DNA of 64,000 nucleotides, from IMG/VR virus record IMGVR_UViG_3300027085_000001. One strand, 5' to 3'. Shown piece by piece: positions 37,022 to 46,336 of the stretch. Below the pieces are notes generated by a model. That model was not told the origin of the DNA. It saw only the letters and a program-made list of their open reading frames with translations, and did no database searches. This DNA comes from a virus. The position numbers were made by a program, and so were the translations under genes. The first letter of the stretch is position 1. Each line of letters starts with the position of its first letter.

Positions 37022-37297
37022 TCACCTTTTCTTCTTGCGCTGCTCTCTGCGCGCTGCTAAGCGCTCCTTCACATGCGCAGTGCACAAGAGGAACGGCTTC
37101 TCAACGCCTGGCTTATCGACTTCACACTTCGTGTTGCCGTACTTGCATGCCCACTCCTTCGGTTTTGAACCGGTGAGCGTCTGATAGTAGCTCACCCAGT
37201 ACTTACTCAAGAGTTGATACAACCTGACCCAGATGGGCCAAAAAATAAAGGTTGCCGCGGCCGCAACCAAAATCATCGCTACTGCAAACTTTGGCAT
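37022..37297 (-). CDS. small membrane protein translationally coupled to SPFH gene
   Basis: 91 aa, N-terminal transmembrane helix, basic tail; start abuts SPFH stop. Confidence 0.3.
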   Translation of the reverse strand: MPKFAVAMILVAAAATFIFWPIWVRLYQLLSKYWVSYYQTLTGSKPKEWACKYGNTKCEVDKPGVEKPFLLCTAHVKERLAARREQRKKKR

Positions 37298-38107
37298 TTA
37301 CTTCGCCCCCACTTTGCTCACATCAAAGATGAGTGGGCTTGTCCCTGCTTGCACTTGTGGCAAGTGCCCATCCCACTTCTCAATGTACTTGAGCGTCAGG
37401 TAGTCCTGCGTGATAGTCAAGCTCTGAAGCTTCTGTGCTTCTGCCTGTCCTCTCGCAGCCTGAATCTGTTGGTCAGCTTGCGCCTGTGCAGTCTTGACAT
37501 TCGCCTCAGCCTGTAGTGCTTGCTGCTCAGCGACCTTCTTCATTTCGATTGACTTTGTGAAGTCATCTCCGTAGTGAATCTTGCTCACAACGACACTCTC
37601 CAAGACATAGTACTGCTTGGGGAAGAGCGCCTCAATGCGAACCTCTGCTGCCTTCTTCACATCATCTCGCTTCTCCAGTACTTCGATTGAATCATACTGA
37701 GCAGTCACCTGCTTGAAGCCTTCTTGAACACGGTGGTTCAGATTGAGTGTTTCAGCGACTTGGTTCTCATCACCGACTTCTTTGTACAGCTTCAGTGCTG
37801 CATCCTTGTCGATAATCTTGTAGTTGATAGCGATGGTGGCAAAGACGTCCTGCCCACTCTTATCAACTGCATCGACGTTCTCAAGCACCATACTCTGTGT
37901 GCTGCTTGGGAATCTATGCGTTGTCGTAAAGAACCCTGTGTACCAGAGTCCTGACGGCAATACGTTTGGGTCTACGACACCGAACGTATCTTTGATTCCA
38001 TACTCCCTTGCACCGACCTCATCCCACGCCACGACGGCGTAGATGAGAGCTGCTACAAAGAAGACGGCAATACCTATTGCTATTCCTGCTTGACCTTTTC
38101 GGTTCAT
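37298..38107 (-). CDS. SPFH/band-7 (prohibitin/stomatin-like) membrane protein
   Basis: 269 aa; N-terminal transmembrane helix, then SPFH-like core and Ala/Gln-rich coiled coil (AEQQALQAEANVKTAQAQADQQIQAARGQAEAQKL) with C-terminal ...LKYIEKWDGHLP, matching prohibitin/HflC architecture. Confidence 0.6.
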   Translation of the reverse strand: MNRKGQAGIAIGIAVFFVAALIYAVVAWDEVGAREYGIKDTFGVVDPNVLPSGLWYTGFFTTTHRFPSSTQSMVLENVDAVDKSGQDVFATIAINYKIIDKDAALKLYKEVGDENQVAETLNLNHRVQEGFKQVTAQYDSIEVLEKRDDVKKAAEVRIEALFPKQYYVLESVVVSKIHYGDDFTKSIEMKKVAEQQALQAEANVKTAQAQADQQIQAARGQAEAQKLQSLTITQDYLTLKYIEKWDGHLPQVQAGTSPLIFDVSKVGAK

Positions 38108-38125
38108 TGTGTGTCCTCCTGTTTT

Positions 38126-38308
38126 CTATCTCACTCTCTTCATTGCCATCTGCACAACAGTCATCATCGCCATTGAGAAGATGATGTCACCACAGAATGT
38201 TGCAATGAGCCACAACCAATTCAGCAGCACCGCCCCATGAAAGAACAGCGCCAAGAGATTGGCTATGAGTAGTAACATTGTGAAGCTTGGCCAGATATTA
38301 GTATCCAT
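38126..38308 (-). CDS. small membrane protein
   Basis: 60 aa, two hydrophobic helices. Confidence 0.3.
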   Translation of the reverse strand: MDTNIWPSFTMLLLIANLLALFFHGAVLLNWLWLIATFCGDIIFSMAMMTVVQMAMKRVR

Positions 38309-38804
38309 CTTTCACATCCTCCGCTAGTTCATCGTCGGCTTCTTCATCTTCTTCGACGATGTCATCTTCTTTGATTTCCCCATCGATTGGGTCTTCGACG
38401 TACTCCTCATGAAGTACTTCGTCATTGTGACAGTTGCAGTCGCACTCAGTAGCGACACAACATTCATAGCCTTCTTCGTCGGAGCATCTATCGCAGCTGC
38501 TCATGACTGAACTCTTATCTTCGTATCCATCCGTCATAAATCTACCTCCGTGGTCGCATTCGTATGCTTCAATGTACGTGTGATGTGAACAATCGCAGAC
38601 GCCACAATTGAAGTGGTCATCCACTCGAATAGGAATCTTCTTGTCGGTGCCCAACTTGCAAGCTCGCATGCCGAGCTCCATAAAGTATCGACGTATGTAT
38701 TCAGGAGTGTTTGCTACTTCGCCCTTCACCTTCCACGGCTCAGGACAGAAGCACTGCGGCTCTCGCAGACATACTTCTCGAATGTCATCATCACTGAGGA
38801 ACAT
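38298..38804 (-). CDS. Cys-rich protein with acidic C-terminal tail
   Basis: 168 aa, about 20 Cys in CxC/CxxC clusters and a 35-aa Asp/Glu tail. Confidence 0.35.
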   Translation of the reverse strand: MFLSDDDIREVCLREPQCFCPEPWKVKGEVANTPEYIRRYFMELGMRACKLGTDKKIPIRVDDHFNCGVCDCSHHTYIEAYECDHGGRFMTDGYEDKSSVMSSCDRCSDEEGYECCVATECDCNCHNDEVLHEEYVEDPIDGEIKEDDIVEEDEEADDELAEDVKDGY

Positions 38805-38997
38805 TCGGAATCGCCTCAGGTGGTATGTTGAATGATGAGGTATGATTCTTATTGAACATCAAACCAACAGCACCACACTTGTGACAGACGACGCCGAGCA
38901 GCTTATCAGTCTCCTTCACTTCCCAGAGACGGTAGCCGCACTTGCACTTTCGCTTCTCTCCTGCTTTGAGTTTGTCTGCATCAGTTGGTTGTGCCAT
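38791..38997 (-). CDS. zinc-ribbon protein
   Basis: CKCGYRLWEV...CHKCGA. Confidence 0.3.
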   Translation of the reverse strand: MAQPTDADKLKAGEKRKCKCGYRLWEVKETDKLLGVVCHKCGAVGLMFNKNHTSSFNIPPEAIPNVPQ

Positions 38998-39199
38998 CTT
39001 GTTTCATCTCCTTCTTGATTGCTTGCATCGCTTTCTTTCCTTTGAGCGGAGCATGATGCTTTCCCTTCCGCGCTCGACTCTCATTGCTCATGCTGTTGAG
39101 CTCGCAGTCTATGCAAAGCCCACGACAGCTGACTGCACTGCTTGATTTGCATGCAGGATTCCTACATTTTTGTTTGACAACCTTTTGTCCGAATGTCAT
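38981..39199 (-). CDS. zinc-binding small basic protein
   Basis: CRNPACKSS...CRGLCIDCE. Confidence 0.3.
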   Translation of the reverse strand: MTFGQKVVKQKCRNPACKSSSAVSCRGLCIDCELNSMSNESRARKGKHHAPLKGKKAMQAIKKEMKQDGTTN

Positions 39200-39279
39200 G
39201 TTCCCCCTCCTTCAACCGCACATTGAACATCCACACGCCTCTGCCAAGATGAATGGAGCCAGCGAGTTCTTCGAACTCC

Positions 39280-39519
39280 TTAGGGACTTTCTTCCCGATG
39301 TACGTCATTGTCATCTTGCTTCACCTCGAACTTTTGATAGAAGACGTTGCTCGTCCTATTCCACCAGAGATTGACACAGTCAACGTGTGTTGGTTGTGCT
39401 TGAACGTTATATCCTTCTTGCGTGCCTTCGATTGCTATCAAGCAGCACGGCTTGTCTTCATTCGTACCACAGACGGGGCACTTCGTGTTCTCACTTGGGA
39501 ACTTTTGGAATATTCTCAT
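39280..39519 (-). CDS. zinc-ribbon protein
   Basis: CPVCGTNEDKPCC ... HVDC. Confidence 0.3.
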   Translation of the reverse strand: MRIFQKFPSENTKCPVCGTNEDKPCCLIAIEGTQEGYNVQAQPTHVDCVNLWWNRTSNVFYQKFEVKQDDNDVHREESP

Positions 39520-39751
39520 ACCAGGCCTCCTTGCGTTTTTTATAATGAGCTACTGTCTCAGTCTGACCCATCTGCTTGAGCCATTCTAAGTGAGTATCAT
39601 AGTTTGCTCCGACATAGTCGGCAATTGATTTGAAGTTGGAAGCTTCGGCGGTCTTCTTGTACCGCAGGACATTTGTATCCATCGTCTCGAGACTGAGAAG
39701 AATTTCTGTTAAGGAATCAGGACGTTTCGTCATCATTTGCACTACCACCAC
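39491..39751 (-). CDS. hypothetical protein
   Basis: 86 aa ORF. Confidence 0.2.
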   Translation of the reverse strand: MVVVQMMTKRPDSLTEILLSLETMDTNVLRYKKTAEASNFKSIADYVGANYDTHLEWLKQMGQTETVAHYKKRKEAWYENIPKVPK

Positions 39752-39965
39752 TCATCACACGACGCATCTTGCGTCGCTCCATCGTATCCTCATACTTCAC
39801 AACTAGTCGGTGAAGCGGAGTACGGAACTCATCTTTCTGTAGCATCAAGGGGACAAGCTTGAGAATCTGTTCATTACGTTCAAGTTGTTTTTTCCGCCAT
39901 GATGGTTCCATATTTTTGTTTCGATATAGAAGTATATATAATTTACTCTTTATGCGTTGATTCAT
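39717..39965 (-). CDS. hypothetical protein
   Basis: 82 aa ORF with early-type TATA motif upstream. Confidence 0.2.
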   Translation of the reverse strand: MNQRIKSKLYILLYRNKNMEPSWRKKQLERNEQILKLVPLMLQKDEFRTPLHRLVVKYEDTMERRKMRRVMSGGSANDDETS

Positions 39966-40515
39966 CGACGCTTTTCAAAATATCTTCCTTCTGAGACAGT
40001 CGATTGATTTCTTCTGTCGCCTCTGGGTTGTCTCGTTTGAGTTCGTCAATGGTCTCAGGATGCTTGTGCATCATGTGCACAATGAACTCCTCTTGATTGA
40101 CAACTCGAATGTCAAGAAATGTAAAGAGGTCTCTATTGACATCAAGAGGAGAGCCAATAGCAGTGAGCACAGCAATGACTTCCTTCTCACCATTCTTTGA
40201 AGGAGGCATGTGACCATCAGCTCGGCCGTAGTACGCTTGGAGAATAGTACCGAGCTCTGACTCATAGATGCCCTTCGATTGACACTCTTGAAAGAACTGC
40301 ATTGTGATGACGCCTTCGTCAAGAGCGCGACTGACGAGAGCCGCTCCTTGTGATTCATAGCTCTCTTCGAGGTCGTGCATCATCTCATCAATGACTTCAG
40401 GATGCGTCTCTTTGGCGTGCATGAGCATCTTGAAGAGTGGCACAGCATCGACCATCTTCGTGCTCTCCTTCTGCTTTCGTTCATACTCATCATGCAGGTA
40501 CTTGTCGATGTCCAT
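39943..40515 (-). CDS. hypothetical early protein
   Basis: 190 aa acidic ORF, first minus-strand gene after the divergent region. Confidence 0.3.
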   Translation of the reverse strand: MDIDKYLHDEYERKQKESTKMVDAVPLFKMLMHAKETHPEVIDEMMHDLEESYESQGAALVSRALDEGVITMQFFQECQSKGIYESELGTILQAYYGRADGHMPPSKNGEKEVIAVLTAIGSPLDVNRDLFTFLDIRVVNQEEFIVHMMHKHPETIDELKRDNPEATEEINRLSQKEDILKSVDESTHKE

Positions 40516-40536
40516 TTCAAGATAGAGATATACGTT

Positions 40537-40556
40537 TTATTTAAATATTTCCCAGG
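40537..40556 (-). promoter_or_regulatory. early-type TATA promoter of first minus-strand early gene
   Basis: GAAATATTTAAATAAAACG, about 20 nt before ATG 40515. Confidence 0.35.
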
Positions 40557-40842
40557 CGGCGTTCCAGTAGCAATCATGGGGGTGTTCACCTTCACTTCCA
40601 CTGGAATTCGTTAGAACCCGAAGACCGTATAGGGGAGGGCCAGTACTTTTTTAGTTGCATTTAAAGAACTATACCATTTATCACTTGATTCACAGGAACA
40701 AGATAGTTCTTCTTAAATTTCTTTGTGTTTTATGCTCATGCTATATACAAAGCCAATCGATGGAGTTGGACAGGAAATCAAGGTGTCCGATAGTACAATC
40801 AATGGTCAACGTATGACTCACGATACAATCAAGAGGTTCAGA

Positions 40843-40856
40843 AGAATATTTATATA
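40843..40856 (+). promoter_or_regulatory. early-type TATA promoter (AGAATATTTATATA)
   Basis: 23 nt before ATG 40879. Confidence 0.4.
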
Positions 40857-40878
40857 CAACAACCGTTCCTGATAAAAT

Positions 40879-41793
40879 ATGGAAGGTGGCAAACTCAGCA
40901 CAAGGTCAATCCGACTCGAGATAGAACCATGCTTTGCCTTCGACCCAATCATTCCCAAACGGATGGCGCGCAGATTGTACGTCCATCTTCACAACACATA
41001 CATTCTCGAATCAAAGTTCGACATCTCAATAGAAGAAGCCAAACAAGACCCGTACTATGAGAAGGTGCTCAAGTACCTCATTCCGTTCATCGAACCATTG
41101 ACTGATGAGCATGAAGTCACCAAGCTCAACATTCTTCGATTCATCTGCTACATTCGGATGATGAGTCAGAACGCTAACTACTCAGCCACACTCTTTCCCA
41201 CACAAGCAATAGGAGAGTATGACAGCTCAGTCATCCAACGTATCTTCCAACGATGTTATGAAGAATGTGAATCAAATAAGACGCGTAGACTCTTTCTCAA
41301 AATGATAAAAAAGAATACTGAAGAGAAGGTCATCAATCCCGAGACGACATTCCCATACGAGTTCTCTGAAGAGCAGGCAAAAGAATTAGCTGAGCGGGAG
41401 TATGTTGATGAACAAATGAATCGTCTAAGAGATTTTCATATCACGAATATTAGACGCCTCATCTGGTTCATACTCACATCAAGAAATATCGCTACAACAT
41501 GCCCGGCGCACATGCTTCTCTCTGAGAAGAGTAGTCTCGTTCGGTCTGCGCATAAGAAATGTCGAGAGACTATGCAAGTTGATGCCAAGGCATACCGAAA
41601 ACAATCAACGGCTGATTCTCATCGAGATATGGCCTGGTGTATTGAATATGTTCAAAAAGAACTCCTACTCGACCCAATCGTTGAACGTATCACAGGACTC
41701 ATCGACGCCGATGAGAAAACCTTCCGCAGCCCTCTCTTGCACTTTCGAAAGATTGTCAATAACGATGGTGTCCCATTCGGCCCACTCGATTGA
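40879..41793 (+). CDS. hypothetical early protein
   Basis: 304 aa, first gene of plus-strand replication module; no NTPase motif. Confidence 0.3.
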   Translation: MEGGKLSTRSIRLEIEPCFAFDPIIPKRMARRLYVHLHNTYILESKFDISIEEAKQDPYYEKVLKYLIPFIEPLTDEHEVTKLNILRFICYIRMMSQNANYSATLFPTQAIGEYDSSVIQRIFQRCYEECESNKTRRLFLKMIKKNTEEKVINPETTFPYEFSEEQAKELAEREYVDEQMNRLRDFHITNIRRLIWFILTSRNIATTCPAHMLLSEKSSLVRSAHKKCRETMQVDAKAYRKQSTADSHRDMAWCIEYVQKELLLDPIVERITGLIDADEKTFRSPLLHFRKIVNNDGVPFGPLD

Positions 41794-41808
41794 TATCTAT
41801 TGAGAGAA

Positions 41809-41827
41809 GACAAATTATATATATTCC
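41809..41827 (+). promoter_or_regulatory. TATA promoter variant upstream of MCM-like gene
   Basis: GACAAATTATATATATTCC. Confidence 0.3.
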
Positions 41828-41885
41828 TTTAAGAAAATTCATAAAATTCCGATGGCGATAAACATGATAAACTGGGTGGCGGTGA

Positions 41886-43940
41886 ATGGAGAAAAGTTCG
41901 AAAGAGTGGAGTAAAGAAGAACGAACCTCTATCGACACCGCTGTCGACACGCTCGGGGGAATTCTGCGGTTCGCTCATCTCTCAAGAGATAAGTTAAGGT
42001 CACTCGTCAACCAATATCTCTCTGACCCAGAATCACTTGACAACGCCACACGCAATCTCATCACATTCGTCTTCTCAGTTCATTGGCCGCTCAAGACAGC
42101 CGCCGGTGAAGAAACTGAATCACCAGTTGAACGATACATCAACCAAAATCTTCTGAAGGAAAACTTAGAACTCACAGAAGAAAACATGACGCTCATCAAC
42201 CCTCGGGTTATGAGGAAACAACTGGAACGAGGTAGAGGACCTGTTTGGTACTTGAGTTCTGCGTACATCACCCAGACCCAGTTCGCCAATCGGAATCTGG
42301 TCCCCGCCTCGTTCCAGTGTTCCACTGCTCAAGTCTTCAAGATAGATGTGAACGAGCTATCATCACAACCATTAGCTCTTGTGTACAAGTATCGATGCAA
42401 GAGATGTCGCAAACCATACTTCGGCCCAGCGAGTGATTGTCAGAACCAGATGACAGGCGAGAAAGAACCATGCCCGCACACAACAATGAACATGAAAGTC
42501 TGTGGAGCACAAAACAATCCGGATGTGGATGACCACATTGAAGCCTACTATGGACTCTGCACTGTTGAGACAACAAGCGGCAAGACAGCAACATGCTACT
42601 ACATCTCATACACTCATCGTCTCAACTACGGCTCACAACTTGTCTCTGGCGTCATTGAGACACCTCCGAAAGGAAGTCTCCCACTCATTCATATCATGGC
42701 AACAGCAATGCCAGAAGCAAAAGTGATACCCGGCTTACTTGAGACGCAAACATTAGCCAGCGCGACAACGGTGCTCGATAGGTTCATTCGAGAAGAATGT
42801 CACATCATGGTTGAAGGAGGACGGCTGGTGAAAGAACTCTTGGTGCTCCAAGCTGTGGCTGAGCAAGTATCACCAAACCCCAAACGAGTCAGCAACCTTC
42901 TCTTGATGGGCCGCATGAGCGCAGGAAAGACGTTCATCATGAAGTACTATCTCCCAATACTCTACAAACGCGTGAAGATGACGACAAGAGATACAGTTAG
43001 CATTGCTTCTCTTCGCGGTTCATCCGCTGAGATTTTTATTCGAGGAAGAGCACAGAAGATGCCGACTGATGGACACTTGACCACATTTGATATGGTGATG
43101 ATTGATGAGTTACTCAGAGAGTCAACTGAAGGAAGGTTTGTTGATGATTCATTCTTCGGCCACCTCAAGCCCTTCTTACTGGAGCAGACTGTTGACAATT
43201 CGAAAGTCGGTGGCAGTCAAGTTGCTAAGCCAAAGAACGCTCTTGTGAATGGAGCAAGCAACATTGACTTAGACTACCTCAAGCAGTACAAAGGAAAAGT
43301 TCGCAAAGCTTTCGAGAGCAGAGCATCACTCACTGTGTCAAAGACACTGACTGCAGATGCATTCAGGTTTGATGAGACGCTCGACTACATGGACGCTCTT
43401 GAAGTCTATGAACAGATAGACCCGCAGCTCGCCGCGGCAATAAAGGAAGTACGACAGAGCTATGCTTCGGGCAACAGAGATTGGAAGTGCGGTTTAGAGA
43501 ACGCGGCAATAAAACGTTTTCCATACGCCATCTTCATTCGCGGCGATAAACCAATGCCTCTCTCAGAGGAGACAACTGCCTTCAATGCGAGTAAACTCGC
43601 TATCGAAAACAGCTTCACTGTACAAAACATTCTGTACAACAAATCATGGACACAACTCATTGAACTACTTCGAGAACGAGAGACACACCAATCTCCAGAC
43701 TTGATTCAACACATCACAAGGTGCCTGAAGAAAGAAGCTGAGAAATATGGCATCGATGTCTCGTCAGAGGGAATTGATAGGGTGTTTGAGAAGGCGTACA
43801 TTGAAGCTATCAAAGCATTCACACTCATCGAGAACATCATGGAGTATTGTCCGAGAGTTGAAGCATTCATTGTAGCACTCTTGAAGTGCGTTCACCACTA
43901 TGTTGAGATGGAACGATTTAACCGAGGGATACTCGAATGA
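41886..43940 (+). CDS. MCM-like AAA+ replicative helicase
   Basis: 684 aa; N-terminal zinc finger (CKRCRKPYFGPASDCQNQ...CPH), Walker A LLLMGRMSAGKTF, Walker B DMVMIDELL, and AFRFDETLDY resembling the MCM arginine-finger SRFDL region. Confidence 0.45.
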   Translation: MEKSSKEWSKEERTSIDTAVDTLGGILRFAHLSRDKLRSLVNQYLSDPESLDNATRNLITFVFSVHWPLKTAAGEETESPVERYINQNLLKENLELTEENMTLINPRVMRKQLERGRGPVWYLSSAYITQTQFANRNLVPASFQCSTAQVFKIDVNELSSQPLALVYKYRCKRCRKPYFGPASDCQNQMTGEKEPCPHTTMNMKVCGAQNNPDVDDHIEAYYGLCTVETTSGKTATCYYISYTHRLNYGSQLVSGVIETPPKGSLPLIHIMATAMPEAKVIPGLLETQTLASATTVLDRFIREECHIMVEGGRLVKELLVLQAVAEQVSPNPKRVSNLLLMGRMSAGKTFIMKYYLPILYKRVKMTTRDTVSIASLRGSSAEIFIRGRAQKMPTDGHLTTFDMVMIDELLRESTEGRFVDDSFFGHLKPFLLEQTVDNSKVGGSQVAKPKNALVNGASNIDLDYLKQYKGKVRKAFESRASLTVSKTLTADAFRFDETLDYMDALEVYEQIDPQLAAAIKEVRQSYASGNRDWKCGLENAAIKRFPYAIFIRGDKPMPLSEETTAFNASKLAIENSFTVQNILYNKSWTQLIELLRERETHQSPDLIQHITRCLKKEAEKYGIDVSSEGIDRVFEKAYIEAIKAFTLIENIMEYCPRVEAFIVALLKCVHHYVEMERFNRGILE

Positions 43941-45388
43941 ACTTCGCAACATACTGGGAGTGGCTCATCCGTGGTGGCGAAGCAGTTGAAATCACCATGA
44001 AGGATAGCGACTGGGAGACAGTGAAAGAGTATGCCAGTAAAGTCGCCATGCAAACTGGCATGACGACCCACCAATACGGCAAGAGCTTCTTCTGTGAGAA
44101 CGCTGACCAGTTGAAAGAGTTCTTACTCATCTTCGCCAAGAGTGGCGTGAGGAGCAACACATACGTTGGCATCAATCCCCGTAAGAAGATATGGATGCTC
44201 AGCAAGAAAGGGACAACGTACAAAGGATATCGCGGCGTGAACGTTGGTGTCGCCTGCATGAGCAACATCTTCGTTGACATCGATGCCAATAGGAAAGACG
44301 GCACCAAAGCAGCAACAGAAGAAGAACTCTTGTTGACAAGGCTGTGCTGTGATGATGTTGAAAAGAAACTCGAAGAAGTCTTCGGTCTGCGCAGACACAT
44401 TCGTATCTTCTCAGGCAACGGATACCAGTTGATGTATCCGCTACACAAGCCGCTCACATACAAAGACCTTGCATACACGAAGGTGGGAGAAGAGATTGTC
44501 TACACCGAGTCAGAGGAGTTCGAGCTCCTGAAGAGTGCATGCCGCTTGGCGATACAACCAGCAATGAAAGGAGTTGAGAAGGGCCGAGCGAAGATAGACC
44601 ACACCTGGGACCTGCGCCGAGTCGGGCGTCTTCCGTGGACGCGCAACTGGAAAGACCCAAGCAAAGAGATATGGGCGGCTATCGACAAGCATGATGATAG
44701 ACCAAGTGATGTTGATGCAGGCGAGCGCATCCTTGAGATAGCACGTAAGCACCAGCAGCACGTAGCATCAGGGAAGCGAACACAATCTTTTAGTGTCTCC
44801 AAGAAAGAGTATGCTGACATCAACGAGTTGGTGAATGAACCTCTTGTGCAACTGTTGCTCTCCGGTCCTCTGCCATCAGGGAACCGCAATCACTACCTTG
44901 AGATGCAGCTCGCCATCCTTCTGAGGGACAACACGAAGACGATTAGTCCGGTTGAAGAGGCAAACCTGCTACGAGAGATTGGCCGAGCTCAGGGCCGACC
45001 GTTCAATGCTGCTACTCAATATCTTCCTCGCAATGCAACGTTCTCCAGGAACACCGTCAACATGTGGTGCGCAATGGAACGCCGGCCGCCTGTCTACAAG
45101 TTTGGTTTAGACCCAATGCCTCCCATTGATGAAAGCAAGCTCGCTCAGTTTGATGCAGTTGATATGAATGACGTCGAACGGATGTTCGCGTATCACTACG
45201 AGAAGACCTTCAAGATTCCTTTAGAGCCATCACAAGATGCCGCTGTCATCATCGAGCGGATGAGAAACAAAGCACCAGGCATTCGAACATTCCCATTCAT
45301 GTACGCCTGCTATGTGAGAGGACTCGTTGTGAAAGAAGAATGGGAGTACTGGCGGGACAATTGGTTTCGATTTGAGTACGCGAGTTAA
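43937..45388 (+). CDS. archaeo-eukaryotic primase-polymerase (PrimPol domain protein)
   Basis: 483 aa; AEP motif I IFVDIDA, motif II FSGNGYQ, motif III region RRVGRLPWTRNWK; ATGA-coupled to MCM-like gene. Confidence 0.65.
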   Translation: MNFATYWEWLIRGGEAVEITMKDSDWETVKEYASKVAMQTGMTTHQYGKSFFCENADQLKEFLLIFAKSGVRSNTYVGINPRKKIWMLSKKGTTYKGYRGVNVGVACMSNIFVDIDANRKDGTKAATEEELLLTRLCCDDVEKKLEEVFGLRRHIRIFSGNGYQLMYPLHKPLTYKDLAYTKVGEEIVYTESEEFELLKSACRLAIQPAMKGVEKGRAKIDHTWDLRRVGRLPWTRNWKDPSKEIWAAIDKHDDRPSDVDAGERILEIARKHQQHVASGKRTQSFSVSKKEYADINELVNEPLVQLLLSGPLPSGNRNHYLEMQLAILLRDNTKTISPVEEANLLREIGRAQGRPFNAATQYLPRNATFSRNTVNMWCAMERRPPVYKFGLDPMPPIDESKLAQFDAVDMNDVERMFAYHYEKTFKIPLEPSQDAAVIIERMRNKAPGIRTFPFMYACYVRGLVVKEEWEYWRDNWFRFEYAS

Positions 45389-45390
45389 AT

Positions 45391-45408
45391 AGAAAAATAT
45401 ATATACAC
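45391..45408 (+). promoter_or_regulatory. TATA promoter upstream of RHH gene
   Basis: AGAAAAATATATATACAC, 19 nt before ATG 45427. Confidence 0.35.
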
Positions 45409-45426
45409 ATATGAGGTTGGAATACT

Positions 45427-45681
45427 ATGGACAAACAATTAAAGGCGAAGAGAAGTGGAGTCTTCGTCAAGATGCAACCAGAGACGCGAGCGACGCTCAT
45501 CCGTCTTTCTGGCCGAGCAAAGATTCTCATTGGAGAACGTGCACAGCAACTTGAGAAGCCCGAACAAGAGGCAGCTCGAATCAAGAAGCTCAAAGAGCTC
45601 GCATCATATTCTCGTATAGTCGAGAACGCACTGCAGGCGTACTTCAAGACTGAAGAATGTAAGCAGCTGTTGAAAGCATAG
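45427..45681 (+). CDS. ribbon-helix-helix-like DNA-binding protein
   Basis: 84 aa; N-terminal beta-strand-forming SGVFVKMQPETRATLIRLS followed by two helices. Confidence 0.35.
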   Translation: MDKQLKAKRSGVFVKMQPETRATLIRLSGRAKILIGERAQQLEKPEQEAARIKKLKELASYSRIVENALQAYFKTEECKQLLKA

Positions 45682-45704
45682 AACCGTACACCGGAGGTAT
45701 TAGC

Positions 45705-46325
45705 ATGACAGAGCAGAACGAAAATAAGAAATTGCCAAACATGTTCGATGAACTCGAACACGTGAATGCAGCAGCACCGACAGGAACCGAAGCCGCGGAT
45801 GAGGGAGATGACACTCCTGAACCGATTCAACGACTTGGGGCAGAAGATTTCTCAGACGTCCCACCGAGTGATGTACCAAAGAGGGAACCACTCAACGGGA
45901 AGACAGTGACCATCACTAAGGTCAGTGTCACTGCAGCGAAGACGGTCGACCGAATCACTGGTCAGCCCGTCCCGCCGACAGCAAGTCAAGCAAATCCAAC
46001 TGTGAAGTACTACAGAGGGAAGCTCGTGCTTGAGTTCACCGAAGGTGAGAACAAGTTCATTGAGTACTACCCGAACGTCAAGTACTTCGTGCAGCAGCAA
46101 GATGGGTCAGTGAGCAGAGTACCTCGTATCCCTCGTGAAGGCGAGAACTGTGTTGCAAAGATATTCAGACTGTACTCCGACATGGTCGGCAAGAAGCCTG
46201 AAGAAGTCAGCGACAAGCAGTTCCTTCTGGGACTCGAAGGCTTGAAGGCAACCATCACTACAGCGAGCGGAACGTTTGCTGGAAGGAAGTGGATGCGCAA
46301 CGACATCATCAAGCTGACCAAGTAG
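45705..46325 (+). CDS. hypothetical replication-module protein (possible ssDNA-binding)
   Basis: 206 aa with acidic disordered N-terminus and beta-rich body; no diagnostic motif. Confidence 0.25.
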   Translation: MTEQNENKKLPNMFDELEHVNAAAPTGTEAADEGDDTPEPIQRLGAEDFSDVPPSDVPKREPLNGKTVTITKVSVTAAKTVDRITGQPVPPTASQANPTVKYYRGKLVLEFTEGENKFIEYYPNVKYFVQQQDGSVSRVPRIPREGENCVAKIFRLYSDMVGKKPEEVSDKQFLLGLEGLKATITTASGTFAGRKWMRNDIIKLTK

Positions 46326-46336
46326 GTCAGTTAGGT

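Noticed and set aside
40560-40650. Possible tRNA in the GC-richer part of the divergent intergenic region
   Set aside because: Neither strand gave an acceptor stem, D-arm or T-arm (GTTCRANYC) by manual folding.
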